From: Microthyrium microscopicum
Taxonomy: Eukaryota
DNA length: 64,000 nt
Assembly (NCBI GenBank): GCA_010405405.1
Contig: MU004236.1
Coordinates: 1,928,070 to 1,992,069 of the forward strand
Direction: 5' to 3'
Position numbers and translations under genes: made by a program. Numbering within the stretch: position 1 is the first letter of the stretch; each line of letters begins with the position of its first letter. The notes beneath the pieces were generated by a model. The model was not told the DNA's origin. It made no database searches and saw only the letters and a program-made list of their open reading frames with translations. Below, piece after piece: positions 48,527 to 61,200 of this stretch.

Positions 48527-48843
48527 GGCTCTGTCTTTGATGAGCTCGATTCTTTTGTTGATGGAAAATGATGGACTTGCAAGAGCGAGGATACGAGAGG
48601 AGGAAAGGATCAAGGAGGGTTCGCAGCAGGCAGCGACGGCTTGATGGTCGACGGCAACATCGAACCACCATGTCAGGTCATCAAAATCTCTCGAATCTCA
48701 TCTTCACTTCTCTCTCCTATACTTGGATGTGATCCATACACTTATTATTCCGAGCAAATAGTACTAACCTATCTAGCAACCGATGCCTGGCCTTCCATCC
48801 ACCACCCTCGCGCCCAGTCTCTGGCCATTGCCTCCGTATAGCT

Positions 48844-51675
48844 ATGTCATCTGAGTCTCTCAAGATCCGTCATCGTAGCGTTGCAGCTCGATCATCATTC
48901 GAAAATGAGCCGGCTCTATCTCTTTCTTTTGACTCTAGCCCGCCCTCCGCCAGGCATAGCCTGGACTCTGTCCCAACTCCATCAAGCAATCACATTCGGG
49001 ACGACAAAGCATACTTGAGCCTTCACAGCCGTCATGTCTACCTTCCCATCGGCCAGAAGAACTTTCAAACAAAGGTTTATCGCGTGTTCAGTGAAAGCAT
49101 TTTCGATCCACTCCGCGGAACACTTACCACAATTCCGGTGAATCCTAACAATCGTACGAAGGCAATACTCTGTGATCAACTAGTCAAACCTATTCCACAA
49201 TTTGACGGCCAGTCTGGGGACACTACTCCGTCTGGAGAGTCATCTTCATCCTCTCGATCATCCATTTTCAAACAGAGGATATCACATAAACCACAAACAG
49301 TCAAACATCACGAGCGTGTTGAGCTGAGGTCCCCATCCAATGCCACATTCGCTACTCCACCAGTTGAGTTAGAGGATCCAACGCCATCAGCACAAGCATC
49401 ACCGGCCATCAATGCTTTCCCGTTCCCGAGCACAGGAGAACTACCCAGCCCACTGACGCCCTTCTCTACACGCCTTTCAAGCTCACCTCTTCGTCCAAGC
49501 CAAAGACATACGCCTCGATCGTCCAGCTCACGTCTTTCCACACCCACGCGGACACCAGACCGTTTCATTCCACTTCGGCCAATTAGGAGCGCGAGGGATA
49601 GCTATGAAATCAGTAGGTCTCCGGAAAGACTCACTGACCAGGAGAAAATTGTTCGCTCCGTGGAAGTCGCTCCTGATCCCTTCAGTCGGAGATTGCGTGC
49701 AAATGCTGCTCGTCTAGTATCGCGAATCAGGGGAACTCCTTCCCATCCTATCAATCTTGGATCTCGAGGTTCCAACAGCGTAGTCACGCTTCGCAGAAAC
49801 TCTACTGGATCTGCTGCCCGAACTTTTAGCCCCGGTGCCATATAGAATGTTGGCGGCATGAACGCAGCATCAAGTGACTCAGTGAATAGCGTTTCAGATG
49901 GCAGAGGAGGCTACATGACAAGTGGTAGCAATGCTCCCTTGTATTCAGCCAATTTCTTTGCTTCAACAGACCCTGCTACTGAACGCGACATGCACGAGCG
50001 AAGGCTTGCTCTAGCGCTGGATATCGATCCCTCCACTCGTTTGTTCAGTCCCTCATCTCCCTCGTCCGGCAGTGGATCGCTTGATAATAGCCCAGAGCAA
50101 GGGCTTGGTGCATCCGGAAAGCTTGTTTGGAAGAACAACGAATGGAACAGAGAAGGATCAATTACATGTAAGTTGTGCCCTTCGAGCGATAATTCTCTGA
50201 CTAATCAGATGACAGCACCTCTACGAGAAGAGAAGAAAAAGAAAGCGGTACCAATTATACCTTTTAGATAAGTTTCTTCGATGTTTTTGAGACTTTTACT
50301 GACCTTGTCTACAGTGCTTAATGCACCGGCTCTGAGAGATGATTTCTATTGCTCCGTATTGGCCTATTCTCATTCAGCAAAGGTTCTGGCAGTCGGTCTC
50401 GGTAACACGGTTTATTTTTGGAACGAATCCGGAGGTGTTGAAAGTCCACCAAATCTCAATCCACCAAGCAGTTCCTACGTTTCTTGTCTATCCTTCTCAT
50501 CACGAGATGGAGGAAAGGGTATCCTAGCCGCTGGTCGATCCAATGGTCATGTCGTTCTACATAGTCCTCATGAGAGTCAAACTCGCTTCGACATACATCA
50601 GCCTAGTCCGATCTGCTGTGTAGCATTTCGACCAACCTCAAGAAGCAAAGACTCCATGCGGGACCGTTATATTTCGGTCAAGACAGAAGACCTTCTGATT
50701 GGTGATGAGGCGGGGCACGTCTACTTTTACTCTGTTGAGTGGCCAACAGAGACTGAGCGAGACTTGTTCGACTTTCGCGGCTGTGTGACTTTGATAGTTC
50801 GTCTGACGATGCACACTCAGCAAATTTGTGGCATTGCATGGGCCCCGGATGGAGACACCTTTGCTACCGGTGGTAACGATAATCTATGTCATCTTTGCGA
50901 TACTCGACGAGTCATAGCTGAAGGCAAACCTGATACAGCTCATCTCACTTCATCATCCTTCCCCTCATTCAACGTGGACAGGCAAGTCGATCTTACCTTA
51001 CCACACTTCAACATCTCCGCCCTATTTGCCCGCCACTGCTTCACTGTAGCAGCGGCTGTAAAGGCCATTGCCTTTTGTCCCTGGCAACGCGGGCTCCTAG
51101 CCATTAGTGGAGGCTCCAACGACCGACGCATTCATTTTTTCCACACTCTCTCTGGCGCAACTCTTGCCACTGTAGATTGTCATGCTCAAGTCACCAGTCT
51201 TGTCTGGAGTACCTCGCGGCGCGAAATCGCTGCTACTTTTGGCTTTGCCCAGCCCGAGCATCCTTACCGCATTGCCGTTTTCAAATGGCCCAGCTGCGAA
51301 ATCGTTGTCAAGATTCCTTGGTTCGATGAGCACCGTGCCCTCTTTGCCATTCCTTACCCAGGCGGTCCTAATATCTCCCGGTCCCATGAAGACTCGGAGC
51401 TAGATGCACGTGGACGCGATCGCCGTGGGCGTGCACGCTCTCGCTCAGGACTCTTTCGTTCGCGCGATTGGCGACGTGAGGGTGGCTTATGGTGGAGCCG
51501 CACTGAGGAGGAAGGCTGCTTGGTCGTAGCCACCAGTGATTGCAGCATCAAATTCCACGAAGTCTGGGCTGAGGAGCGCAGGGCTACGGGAGAGCGAGGG
51601 GGGATGTTGGGTGGAAGTGATATCTTGGATCTGATTCACGGAATTGAGCGAGATGATGGTGAGATTATCCGCTAA
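48844..51675 (+). CDS. AMA1: Cdc20/Fizzy-family APC/C activator, meiosis-specific Ama1-like; in-frame TAG at 49843-49845 and a putative AT-AC intron
   Basis: C-box TPDRFIP, IPFRVLNAPALRDDFY, WD40 (TGGNDN, AVKAIAFCPW, GGSNDRRI), C-terminal IR tail. Exons 48844-50167, 50216-50267, 50313-51675. The three ORF-track pieces share one frame. Confidence 0.85.
50268..50312 (+). other. Putative non-canonical AT-AC intron (45 nt)
   Basis: AG|ATAAGT ... TACTGAC ... CTAC|A. Removal restores F-R-V-L-N-A-P. Confidence 0.65.
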
Positions 51676-53284
51676 AAACTGAGAAGGCTACGCCGTGCTC
51701 ACAGACCAAATTGCAAGTCTTTGTTCACTGCTCGGGGATCAGTGAGCAACCTTTCTTCCACATTTCCTAGTCGTCCGTTTTGCGAAGCTTGGGTTGTTTA
51801 TTCCTGTTAGGGTTGAATTCATTGCTACGATACGCTGGCGGTGTGCTCCTATTCTTGCTCTTCCCTAAGGCATATGAGTCCTAGAAATCGATCACTGTCC
51901 TATTCTTTGCTTGTCATGCTTCTTCTGTCATTGGAGTCTAAACTTGAGGCTGAAACTAGTCTTAGTCGTGCAATATATCTCTTGCAATAGATGCGATCCT
52001 ATCGTGTAATTTCATCTACCAGCCTCCCTGACAACTTATGAGATGCGTAAAAATATTTGCTTCCGGATTTGGAAGAAATAAGCGAAAAGATCTGGCCAGC
52101 GTATTCGGGATCATGCTCTATACGATCTCACAGGATCGCTTACAATGCTGTCATCTTTTCCAGCCTCAAATCTGGTGCCAGTAGTACAGTGGCAATGAAT
52201 GGTACTCCTTGGATTTCATGTTACACGTCTAGATTCCTTAGGCCTGCTAGTCTTGGCTTGACTTGGCTGTCAGTGATATGAAGTAAGATTCCAAGTCTTC
52301 CTGGTAGGAGAAGGAGTAGCTCAGTACCAAGGGCGTGAGATTGGGGCCATTATCTCAATCATCGGATTCTGAGTCCATCGTGAAGTCTTTCCTGCCAGGC
52401 ACTTGTTCACAACTAGTACCCATGGTCCTTGTCGTTTTCTCTGCGTTGAATAAGTCTCTACCAGCTCACATACACTGGATCGACCTATTTAGCTCGTATG
52501 GGTTACATCCTCTCGAAAGGGATATTTTGTGGACCGCTGTCTGTATCCTGCTTGACATCGACTTGACGGCCAGCCCGAAAATATATTTTGCAATGCTCAT
52601 ATTGATCAGTGATCACACTCTAGAACTTGATTCATCGTGGAAAAGATATCCCTGTCCACAAGCACACGTGGAAACTCAACGTGAATGGTCTATTTTTAGA
52701 TTCTCACCTACCTCTCTACCAAAGTACTCAGCCTCCAAAATGCAACGCCTTTTCCATTTCAAATCAAGAAATAAACAGAAATTAGCCCCAAAATGACCTA
52801 TTCGGGGGCAATTAACATAAATTGCGACTCAGCCCAATTTCCAAGACTTTACTCTACCGACATCGCCATCCGGCGGACTGATCTCCGAGCATCAGCCAAT
52901 TTCAGCTGTCTCTCGTGGCTGGTGAGCTTACCGTCTTTTCTCACCATAATGTATGAGCTCTCATCGTGACTGGATGAGCCCTGGCAGCATGGCATTCCCC
53001 ATTTGGCTCTGGCGGATTAGAGCACGATGGCTAGTGAGACGAGGCTGCGCTCAACGCCGCGCTCATTTTAGACGAAATTGATGTTACGGTAATATCATAG
53101 TGAAGATGTACTTCGAGAAACATGAATACACATTCTGTATATAGGATCAGTATGGCCTTGGACTAAATATTTCATTCTCATCATCACAACCAACAACTAC
53201 TACTTCAACAACAGCATTCCAATCACTTTCACTTCCAACTTCTTAACTTACCACCACCAAACAACTTCCAACAACACTATCAAA

Positions 53285-53851
53285 ATGTTCTCCATGACTA
53301 TGATCTCTTTCGCGGCTGCTGCCATCTTCTCCGGTGCCATGGCTGCCCCAGCTCCAACTCTTTCTACCGTCGGAGTTCCATCTTCCACGGTCTCTCTTAC
53401 CGGAGTCACCCACACTGTCGCTGCTGGCCGCGCTGGTCTTCACTTCGACCCAGAGAACGTCGTCGCCAACATCGGTGACATTGTTGAATGGCACTTCCTC
53501 CCCATGAACCACTCCGTCGCTCAAAGCTCCTTCGACGCCCCCTGCGTTCCCAACGCCAACGCCGCCTTCTCCGGCTTCCAGCCCATCATGGCCAACGTTG
53601 CTCCTCAAGCACCCAACGTCTTCCAGGTTGTTGTCAAGGATCAATTGCCATTCTGGTACTACTGTGCTCAGACCAAGGGCTCCCATTGCCAGATGGGCAT
53701 GGCCGGTGTCATCAACCAGAACTTCAACAGCCCCAACACTCTTACTGCTTACAAGGCAAAGGCTGCTCTTACTGAAGTCTCTGTTGCTCCACCAATTGTT
53801 GGCAACGGTGGAAAGGTCATCCCAAACCCCCAGCCTCTTGCTGGAATCTAA
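53285..53851 (+). CDS. Secreted cupredoxin-fold protein
   Basis: Signal peptide; NHSVAQSSFDAPC; WYYCAQ...HCQMGM with His/Cys/His/Met type-1 copper ligand pattern; strong codon bias. Confidence 0.88.
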   Translation: MFSMTMISFAAAAIFSGAMAAPAPTLSTVGVPSSTVSLTGVTHTVAAGRAGLHFDPENVVANIGDIVEWHFLPMNHSVAQSSFDAPCVPNANAAFSGFQPIMANVAPQAPNVFQVVVKDQLPFWYYCAQTKGSHCQMGMAGVINQNFNSPNTLTAYKAKAALTEVSVAPPIVGNGGKVIPNPQPLAGI

Positions 53852-54317
53852 ATGTTTCTTTTGGAACAGTCTGTATAACACTGTGCTCGGGTTTTGATTT
53901 TATTGCATAGCATCACGGTTCACATTCCTTTGGGATTGCATGGCGATGGCGTTTTTGGTTTATAGTATAGAAGTAACTTAGATCACTGATAATCAACTAC
54001 TGGCTGTGATTCACTCACAGTGCTTCCTAAAAATATCTTCTGTTGTCAGCGATTGGTCACCTTGTGACTGTGATTTATTACCTAACATATCACTCATCCA
54101 ATTCTCCTGGTGATCTCAGAGATTTCCGAATATGAGAAATCCCGAGCAAACACCGCCCCTTGATAACCCATGGGGAAGGTCTTCCTTGCATCTACTGATA
54201 ATTAATACAGCACCACAATACATGCCTTAGGGGTCCCATACCGTCAAAGCTCTGGCGTATGGACAATGGTAATGTAGCCTTGGTAGCGACCATTACTCTC
54301 TTAAACTTCAAGTCACT

Positions 54318-54962
54318 TCATAGTTGAAATGACACGCTCATGTCGCGTGGATCTTCCACCTGTTTTACCAATACAGTCGCCGTCTTCTTCACCACGAAAT
54401 GTATCGGCGCATTGTGAACTCTCTCGCCCCACCAGCCCCACAAGTTCGCTGTTGATGGGGCATACTTCCACACAGAGATGCACCTATCGCTTGGTACAGA
54501 TATGTCGTATGTCCCAGTCTCCAGTCCAGTAGTGCCATACCATATTCCACCTTTCGGACTGGCGTCTGTGTGTGTCTGGTCCGTCAACACTCCGCTGCTG
54601 CCGCGAAATGGGCCCAAGGTGTGTATGAATAATTGCTCCTCATTCGGCTGCAACGTCGAAACTTTATGCGTAGAGAAAGCATTCGTCGCGCTTGCGGAAA
54701 AGCTGCAAACCAAGCCATCGGGAGAGCGACGAGCAGCTTTTCCAGTCTTGACGCTGGTGAAACTCAAACCGCAATCATGTATTGCTGTACTGACTTCAAA
54801 GATTGTGTTTGCGCGAGGAAATGTGATCGGCCGGTCAGATTTGAGAGTGGCGGTTAGGATGATCTTGAAAGTTTCGTCCCCAAGAATGTCAAGGGTCGGA
54901 GTTGATGTGGAGATGAATATTTCTATTTGGGGGAGAGGTTGCTTAGATTTGTTGGTGGCCAT
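54318..54962 (-). CDS. Hypothetical protein (214 aa)
   Basis: ATG in good context (AAAATGG), globular composition; family not recognised. Confidence 0.6.
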   Translation of the reverse strand: MATNKSKQPLPQIEIFISTSTPTLDILGDETFKIILTATLKSDRPITFPRANTIFEVSTAIHDCGLSFTSVKTGKAARRSPDGLVCSFSASATNAFSTHKVSTLQPNEEQLFIHTLGPFRGSSGVLTDQTHTDASPKGGIWYGTTGLETGTYDISVPSDRCISVWKYAPSTANLWGWWGERVHNAPIHFVVKKTATVLVKQVEDPRDMSVSFQL

Positions 54963-55290
54963 TTTTAGTGTGGAGTAGTGATGCTCTTCAAAATGAAGAG
55001 TGGTTTAGGTGCTTGATATCTTAAGAGCTTGCTCATGCCAGTTGATGTTTGAAGAAATTGCGGAAAAATTGGGGAGCCACGAACTATTACATTGATTGGA
55101 CGCGAGTCGTTGGTGTCCTTTAAAGTTTTGGTCAGAATGTAGCTGCCTGGCATGATGCGATTAGCTGGCGGCGAAGCAATGGGCCTCATAGTAAGTGCTG
55201 CGATTCATTCAGTATGTCATATGGGTTCCTCGACCGTGGTACGCAAAGTCTATGATAAAGGTAGTACTGAATATTCCTGGAAAGAAGTAC

Positions 55291-55691
55291 CTAGGTTATC
55301 ATCCGCCGTCTTCTCTTGGTCTGGCTCCTTGTAAACCTCAAGCTGGCAGACTGACCAGCACATAGTTCTCCCAAGTAGCTGTTCAACCATGCTTGCCCAG
55401 ATTGGTCACAGCTACTCGTGCCACATTGTCCAACCAATCGATTTAAGTCTTGATGTGAGCAGAGACAGGTCTTGTCAAGTTGTCCAGGGTTACATTTCCA
55501 CTCTTCTGTTGAAGTACGTAGCAGCTCATCCAGACATAAACTCTGTTCCAAGATTAAGTAATTGGCTCTCGTTCTGTATTGTAAACAAAGTGACTCACTG
55601 CGCAGTGTGGAGTGTTAGCAACTTCACTCTGAGCCTGGCTATTTGCCCCCGACACCGCCAATGCTATCAAAAAAGAAGTTCGATATAGCAT
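55291..55691 (-). CDS. Small secreted CFEM-domain protein
   Basis: Exons 55691-55599 and 55542-55291. Signal peptide MLYRTSFLIALAVSG; 8 Cys with CFEM spacing PHCA..CL...C...D..CLC...C....C...LC. Confidence 0.7.
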
Positions 55692-56604
55692 ATTCGATAC
55701 AGAGTAGTTGATAGTAGTTTTGCTCCGGGTGTAATGAACAATTCAGCTTGATGGCTTGCGAAGATTCTGTCTTTCACTATCAGGTGGTTGTGCTCAATTG
55801 CAGCCGTTGCTCTTTGGGTAAGGAGAATTAGCAGTAGCTGCACGTCATGTCGGAGATATTATCTCCAGTAGTCTCAAATCTAGAGATTAACGAGAAACCA
55901 TCCAAGGCCCGTTCTGCACAGACTATTGCGTGTATTTATGTCTACTTCGCAGACGATAGCAAAATCTGTTATAGGGTTCCACAGGCTTGTTGCAGTCATA
56001 GTACCCTTCCATCAGGCACGAAAGAGCCCCAGATTAGATCGGCTTGAGCCAGCAGTGTCAGGGCACAAGGAATCGAATGTGCTCTGACTGGCCCTTCCGA
56101 CAACCATCGGGTAAGGTGTGAATCTCCACGGGTACATTCAAGGTTCTAACTTCTGAGGTTGAGACGCAAGATTCAATGCCTGTACCGGGCACCCTGGCTC
56201 GCCTAGCCTTTGAACCTTGGAACAAACGATGATGCAGGTTGTTGGACATGCGGTCCGTCATCTTCAAGATCGCTGGTCGTTGACTGGTAAAGATGCACTT
56301 TATCTTGGAAGATTGGACCCAAGCCACGGGGAATTCGCGTCACAACCACGCGATGCTAGTGGCTGTTTCACGCGTGGCATCCAAGATCGACGCCCCCATG
56401 TCCATTTTAGGAAGTCTTCCTGTGACGTCACAAGGCTGAAGCCTGATTTGCACGCAAGAAACAACGCATACCAGTACTAGTATATATCATATGCTCTAGT
56501 GTAGATGGAAATGAAAACTTGCAAAATCGCAATAACTCTCTCATACCCTACACAAATCAAACCTACTCTCACAAATTTCACTACAATCATACAACATCAT
56601 CATC

Positions 56605-57161
56605 ATGACGGAACGAGCAGATTTCTCCAAGCTTACTCCACAACAAAAGGAGGAAGTGGAAAAGGAGGGGTGGACAGCATGGTCGAAGCGACACTATAAC
56701 ACCCAATACGAGAACTGGATGCCTTGGATTGAAGACCAGTATCTAAGCTGGTTCGGCAAGGACAACAAGGCATCATATGCCACAAAGCGTAACTATTCCC
56801 CACAGTCAGAGCAAATAACATGCTAATCAGTGTCACAGAGCAACTCGACAAAAGCAAAATCACCGGCATTGAACAAGTCGATAATCTCCAAGATGGCGTC
56901 AACAATCTAGTCGCCGGCCAAGTAGGCAAAGGAGGCCTCGCACAGCCTGCTGGCGATTACCTTTCCAAAGAAGGAATCAACAGAGCGGAGCGTGGAGGGA
57001 AAGACGACAAGGGCGCCTGGGCTCCAGGTCCAGCAAACACGGTCGCGCAGCCAGTGGCCGAAGGTGTCCAAGGAGCAGGCAGCTCAGTCGCTGCTGGTGC
57101 AAAGGGTGCCAGCGGATATGTCACTGGTCTCTGGGGCGGAAAGAAGGAAGAGAAGAAGTGA
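56605..57161 (+). CDS. Small hydrophilic hypothetical fungal protein
   Basis: Exons 56605-56788 and 56839-57161. YENWMPWIEDQYLSWF, DNKASYATK, SKEGINRAERGGKD. Confidence 0.8.
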
Positions 57162-58277
57162 TTTTAACGACTCGACGATAATGATATTATGATAACCCTT
57201 GGAGGCTTGAACTCAGACTGGAATATCTTACTTTCTCAAGTATGATCAAATGTTCGATTCGGATATAATGGTTAGCTTAGCGCACATAGTCACATGAATA
57301 TTATTTTATTCACTTGTTCTATGCACATCGATAAGAAGATGAGACTTCTCTTGCCTCATTGGCATTCCCAGAAGCTACGCTAATATTTGATAGGAGAGCT
57401 GACCCTTTTCAAATCCCACTGGCTTTGAACTGACAACTGCAAGTCATTAGTCCATCGGCGCCACCATTTCAAGTCGAATCAACCTATGGAAAGAATCTCT
57501 ACGGAAGAAACAAAACGCCATTGATATTCTGCCAATTGTCTCTACCAACTCTAACCCTCCAATAGGCAGCAAACTTGCAATTACTATCATGCTGCCTTCT
57601 AAACCCAATTCAGCTACCATCAAGGACGCATACAGTATAAACCACCAACGCCGACCTAGACAATTTTTGTTCATAAAGACTCCCAGTTTGCTAACCCGGG
57701 AACCATATCATCAATTAGCTTAACAACTGAATATAGTGCCGCGCGTCCGTTCTGCCATTTCGACATTCCTGTCTGAATAGAGAAACGAATCTACAGCGCG
57801 GAAGCATCAAGTTCGACGGCTGCCACTAGCCTTTCGAATACAAGTTCGCGTGTTTTGCCAGAGATAGTTTGATATCCAGCGGCTGCAATCACATCTCCAA
57901 AATTTGTTCTCGTAGGACTTCTAATCAACTCTTAAGCTTCGATAGGAAAAAATATCAGTTTATACTTTTCCAGCTTAAGAAGGCTAGCGGGTAGCGGGAC
58001 GGGCCGGGACGTGAGCGGGCCGCTTAAACCTTCCCAAAAGGATTAGGCACCATGTTTTCACTTTCTCGACTTCGACTCTATCCTGCCGGATCGCCGCTTT
58101 GCCAGACATCAGCAATGTCGATATTATGCGTGCGTCATATAGAGAAAGAATCAGTCTGAATGATTCGTCACCCAAGCGTTAGGTTATCCAAAAAACAGGC
58201 AGATCTATTTCAACGCCGTGCCACATAAAGCTCCCTAATAAAAGAACCTCCAAAAAATACCAATGTTATGCGGGTAT

Positions 58278-61200
58278 GGGCATTATTAGCCAGCGCTAGG
58301 ATTTTCATTAACCAGCGCCAGAATATTCGTTAACTAGCGCTAGAGCTATACTAGATTAGTAATATTATAGAGCCCTAGGCTATAAGTAGTATAGTAGCCT
58401 ACCCTAACCCTATAGTCTAGCCTAATATAGTAATAATTTTATAAAATTAATTTACTAGTATTAAACATCTAACTTTACCTTATTACATTATTTTTAAGTC
58501 TTTAAGTCTTTAAGTCTCTACTACTAAATTTTTAATCTATAATAACTATAATTCTACTAATATACTATAGAATACAAAGTAATTAAAGTATATTCTATAG
58601 ATATTTACTTTAATATATAGCAAGAAGCAGAAGAATTAGTTAAAAATTATATATAGATATATAAATTTATAATAAAATATAAATTAAAATCACCTTCTAA
58701 TAAACCTAATATAGAAATACAAAATATCTATATATAGTGCAAGAAAGAGGGAATATTTTAGTCTAAATCTTAAGAAATTTATTAGATAGAATTATAAAAA
58801 GATAAGTATCCTTTTTAAATTAAAATTTATTAAACTTAAGATTAATTCTTATAACCTAAACTAGCGCTTTAAAAGCCATAAGAGATTATTATTAAAAACA
58901 AGTATATATATCCTCTACTTAAAGTATCTTTATTTACTTCTTATTACTAATATAGAATTAATACTAATAACTTATATAAAGAGATTTAATCCCTTTATAA
59001 GTCTAATACTAAGCTAAAGTAGATTCTTTACAAAATTAAAGAAAAATACTCTAAAGTTAACATTAAGATAGAAAATATTTATAATATTAATTAAGCTATA
59101 AGAAGTACTTAATTAGTAAACTATACACTCCTAGAAGCGCTTCTTAATAAGTTAAAAGACTATAATAAATTTATATTAGTATTTTATCTTAATTCTAAGA
59201 ATTATTTAAAGAACCTATTCATTACTACTAAAGCTTAAATTACTCTTTATTACACTTACTTAAATATCTTATTATTTAACGTAATATATTAAACAAACCA
59301 CTACAAAATACTACTTCTTTACATTAGCGCGTTAAATTCTATATATAAATACTTCTTTATAGTATTCTATTTTATAATAGCTAAAGATAAGTATAAATAT
59401 TAATAGGCTTTAAAAACCTTTAACAAAATAATACAAGATAGATAAAATATAAAGCTTCTAAATGTCGTTCTTACTAATAGCTATTAAGCGCTAAAGAATA
59501 CACTAAAGACTACTATTCCTTCTCTATAGCTAATTTATTAATATTATTATAATAAGAATATTAAATTATAAGTTAAGGAGATATAGTAAACTATAAATTA
59601 TATATTAAGTTAAGACGCTTAAGATAATACTTAGAAGCTTTAGGATTCTATAATATTAATATAGAAATAGGTAAGCTAAACTTAGCTCTTCTAATAGTCG
59701 TTTTACTAACAAATTTATAAGTAATTAACGCCCTTACTAAGTAAGCCCTAGACATTGCCTAAAATATCCTTAAAAGCTAATTCACTAATACTAAGAGCCT
59801 TTAATTTATTAAATACCTTTAAGATAACTAGATACTATATAAAGAAGAACTATGCTATACTTTTATATATATTCTTATATATTATAATGCTATTATAATA
59901 TTACTATTAGAAAGCCTTTATTTAGCTTTAAAGGAATAAATTACTTTAAATAATAATCTTCTTAAAGTAGTTAATTTAATACTAAATTATATCTACAATA
60001 TAGTTAAAAAGTTATATAAATAGATAAAGAAGGATACTAATCGTAAGAATCCTATCTTAAAAGGTAATAATCTTCTTATTCTTTACTCCTTATTTATTTA
60101 TTATATTAGCTTATACACATTAAAAATAATTATAACAAAATATTAAAAGTATAAAAGTAAAGAATCTAGTAGAATATTACTAATAGAATACTTAAATACC
60201 TTTAGTAAGATCTTTAGATTACCCTATAGCTATACTATTAAAAAACACCTATTCTATGACAATAAATAGCAACTTTAGAAGAAAGATATTAATATATATT
60301 AGTACTACAATTAAATTAAGTCTAGAGTTATAGAAGAAGAAGAACTTAAAGAATTAGAGTATCTTATTAGTCTAGATTTACTACTACTAGCACTCTTATT
60401 ATAGATTTTATCTCCTTAATATATATTAAGTAGTAGACGTCTATAATTATCTTAGCCTAATCGTAGTCTATAGCCTAATCGTTATCTAATAGCTCCTTTA
60501 GATTAAATCCTCTTTATAAATAAAATTCCTATACTAGCATCTTATAATATTACTAATACTATAGCGTCAACATAATCTACAAAGTAGGAAACATTATAAA
60601 TATCTTAGGCTAAATAGTAAGTAATTAATATATAACAATAGGCTTAAGATATTATAAAAAGACATTAATAAATAAAGAATATTATACACAAATTAGAGGC
60701 TATAATAGCTTAATATAATAAGACACACACTAAATAGTATAAACGCTATAGAGACTACTAATACTATAATAATTAGCTTAAAGAACTTAATTCTAATAAA
60801 GAATAAGAAGCTTATAATACTTTAGAACTATTATAGTAAGAATATCTTAATCTTTAAGAATATAATAGCTAAATACTACCATAAAAGCTTAATTAATTTA
60901 ATATTATACTTATTAAAGATTCCTTTACTAAAAAGACTACTACTAATATACCTAAAGTTATTAAACTCTCCTTAAATTCTAGTAGCTCTAAAGAAGAAGA
61001 ACTAGCACTAAAACGCTACTATACGGCTTATATAGGTCCTTTATTAAATAAAACCCTTTAAGAGAAGGTTAATCTATAAGAAGATAAGATTAAGAGATTA
61101 TAATAGGCATTAGCTACTATAAAAGTAGTATCTTTAGCTTTAGTAGCTACTCTACATTTAATTCCTATACCTATAGTTATTACTATTACTAAGATTACTT

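Noticed and set aside
52057..52796. ORFs of 74 and 153 aa downstream of AMA1
   Set aside because: Non-ATG starts, no motifs and no convincing exon structure.
53243..53881. 212-aa antisense ORF over the cupredoxin gene (and similar shadow ORFs over SEC31, the J-protein and the kinases)
   Set aside because: Explained by codon bias of the sense gene.
57447..58200. Short minus-strand ORFs and a GC-rich patch left of the MULE, possibly a disrupted gene or nested element
   Set aside because: No recognisable family and no matching terminus on the other side.
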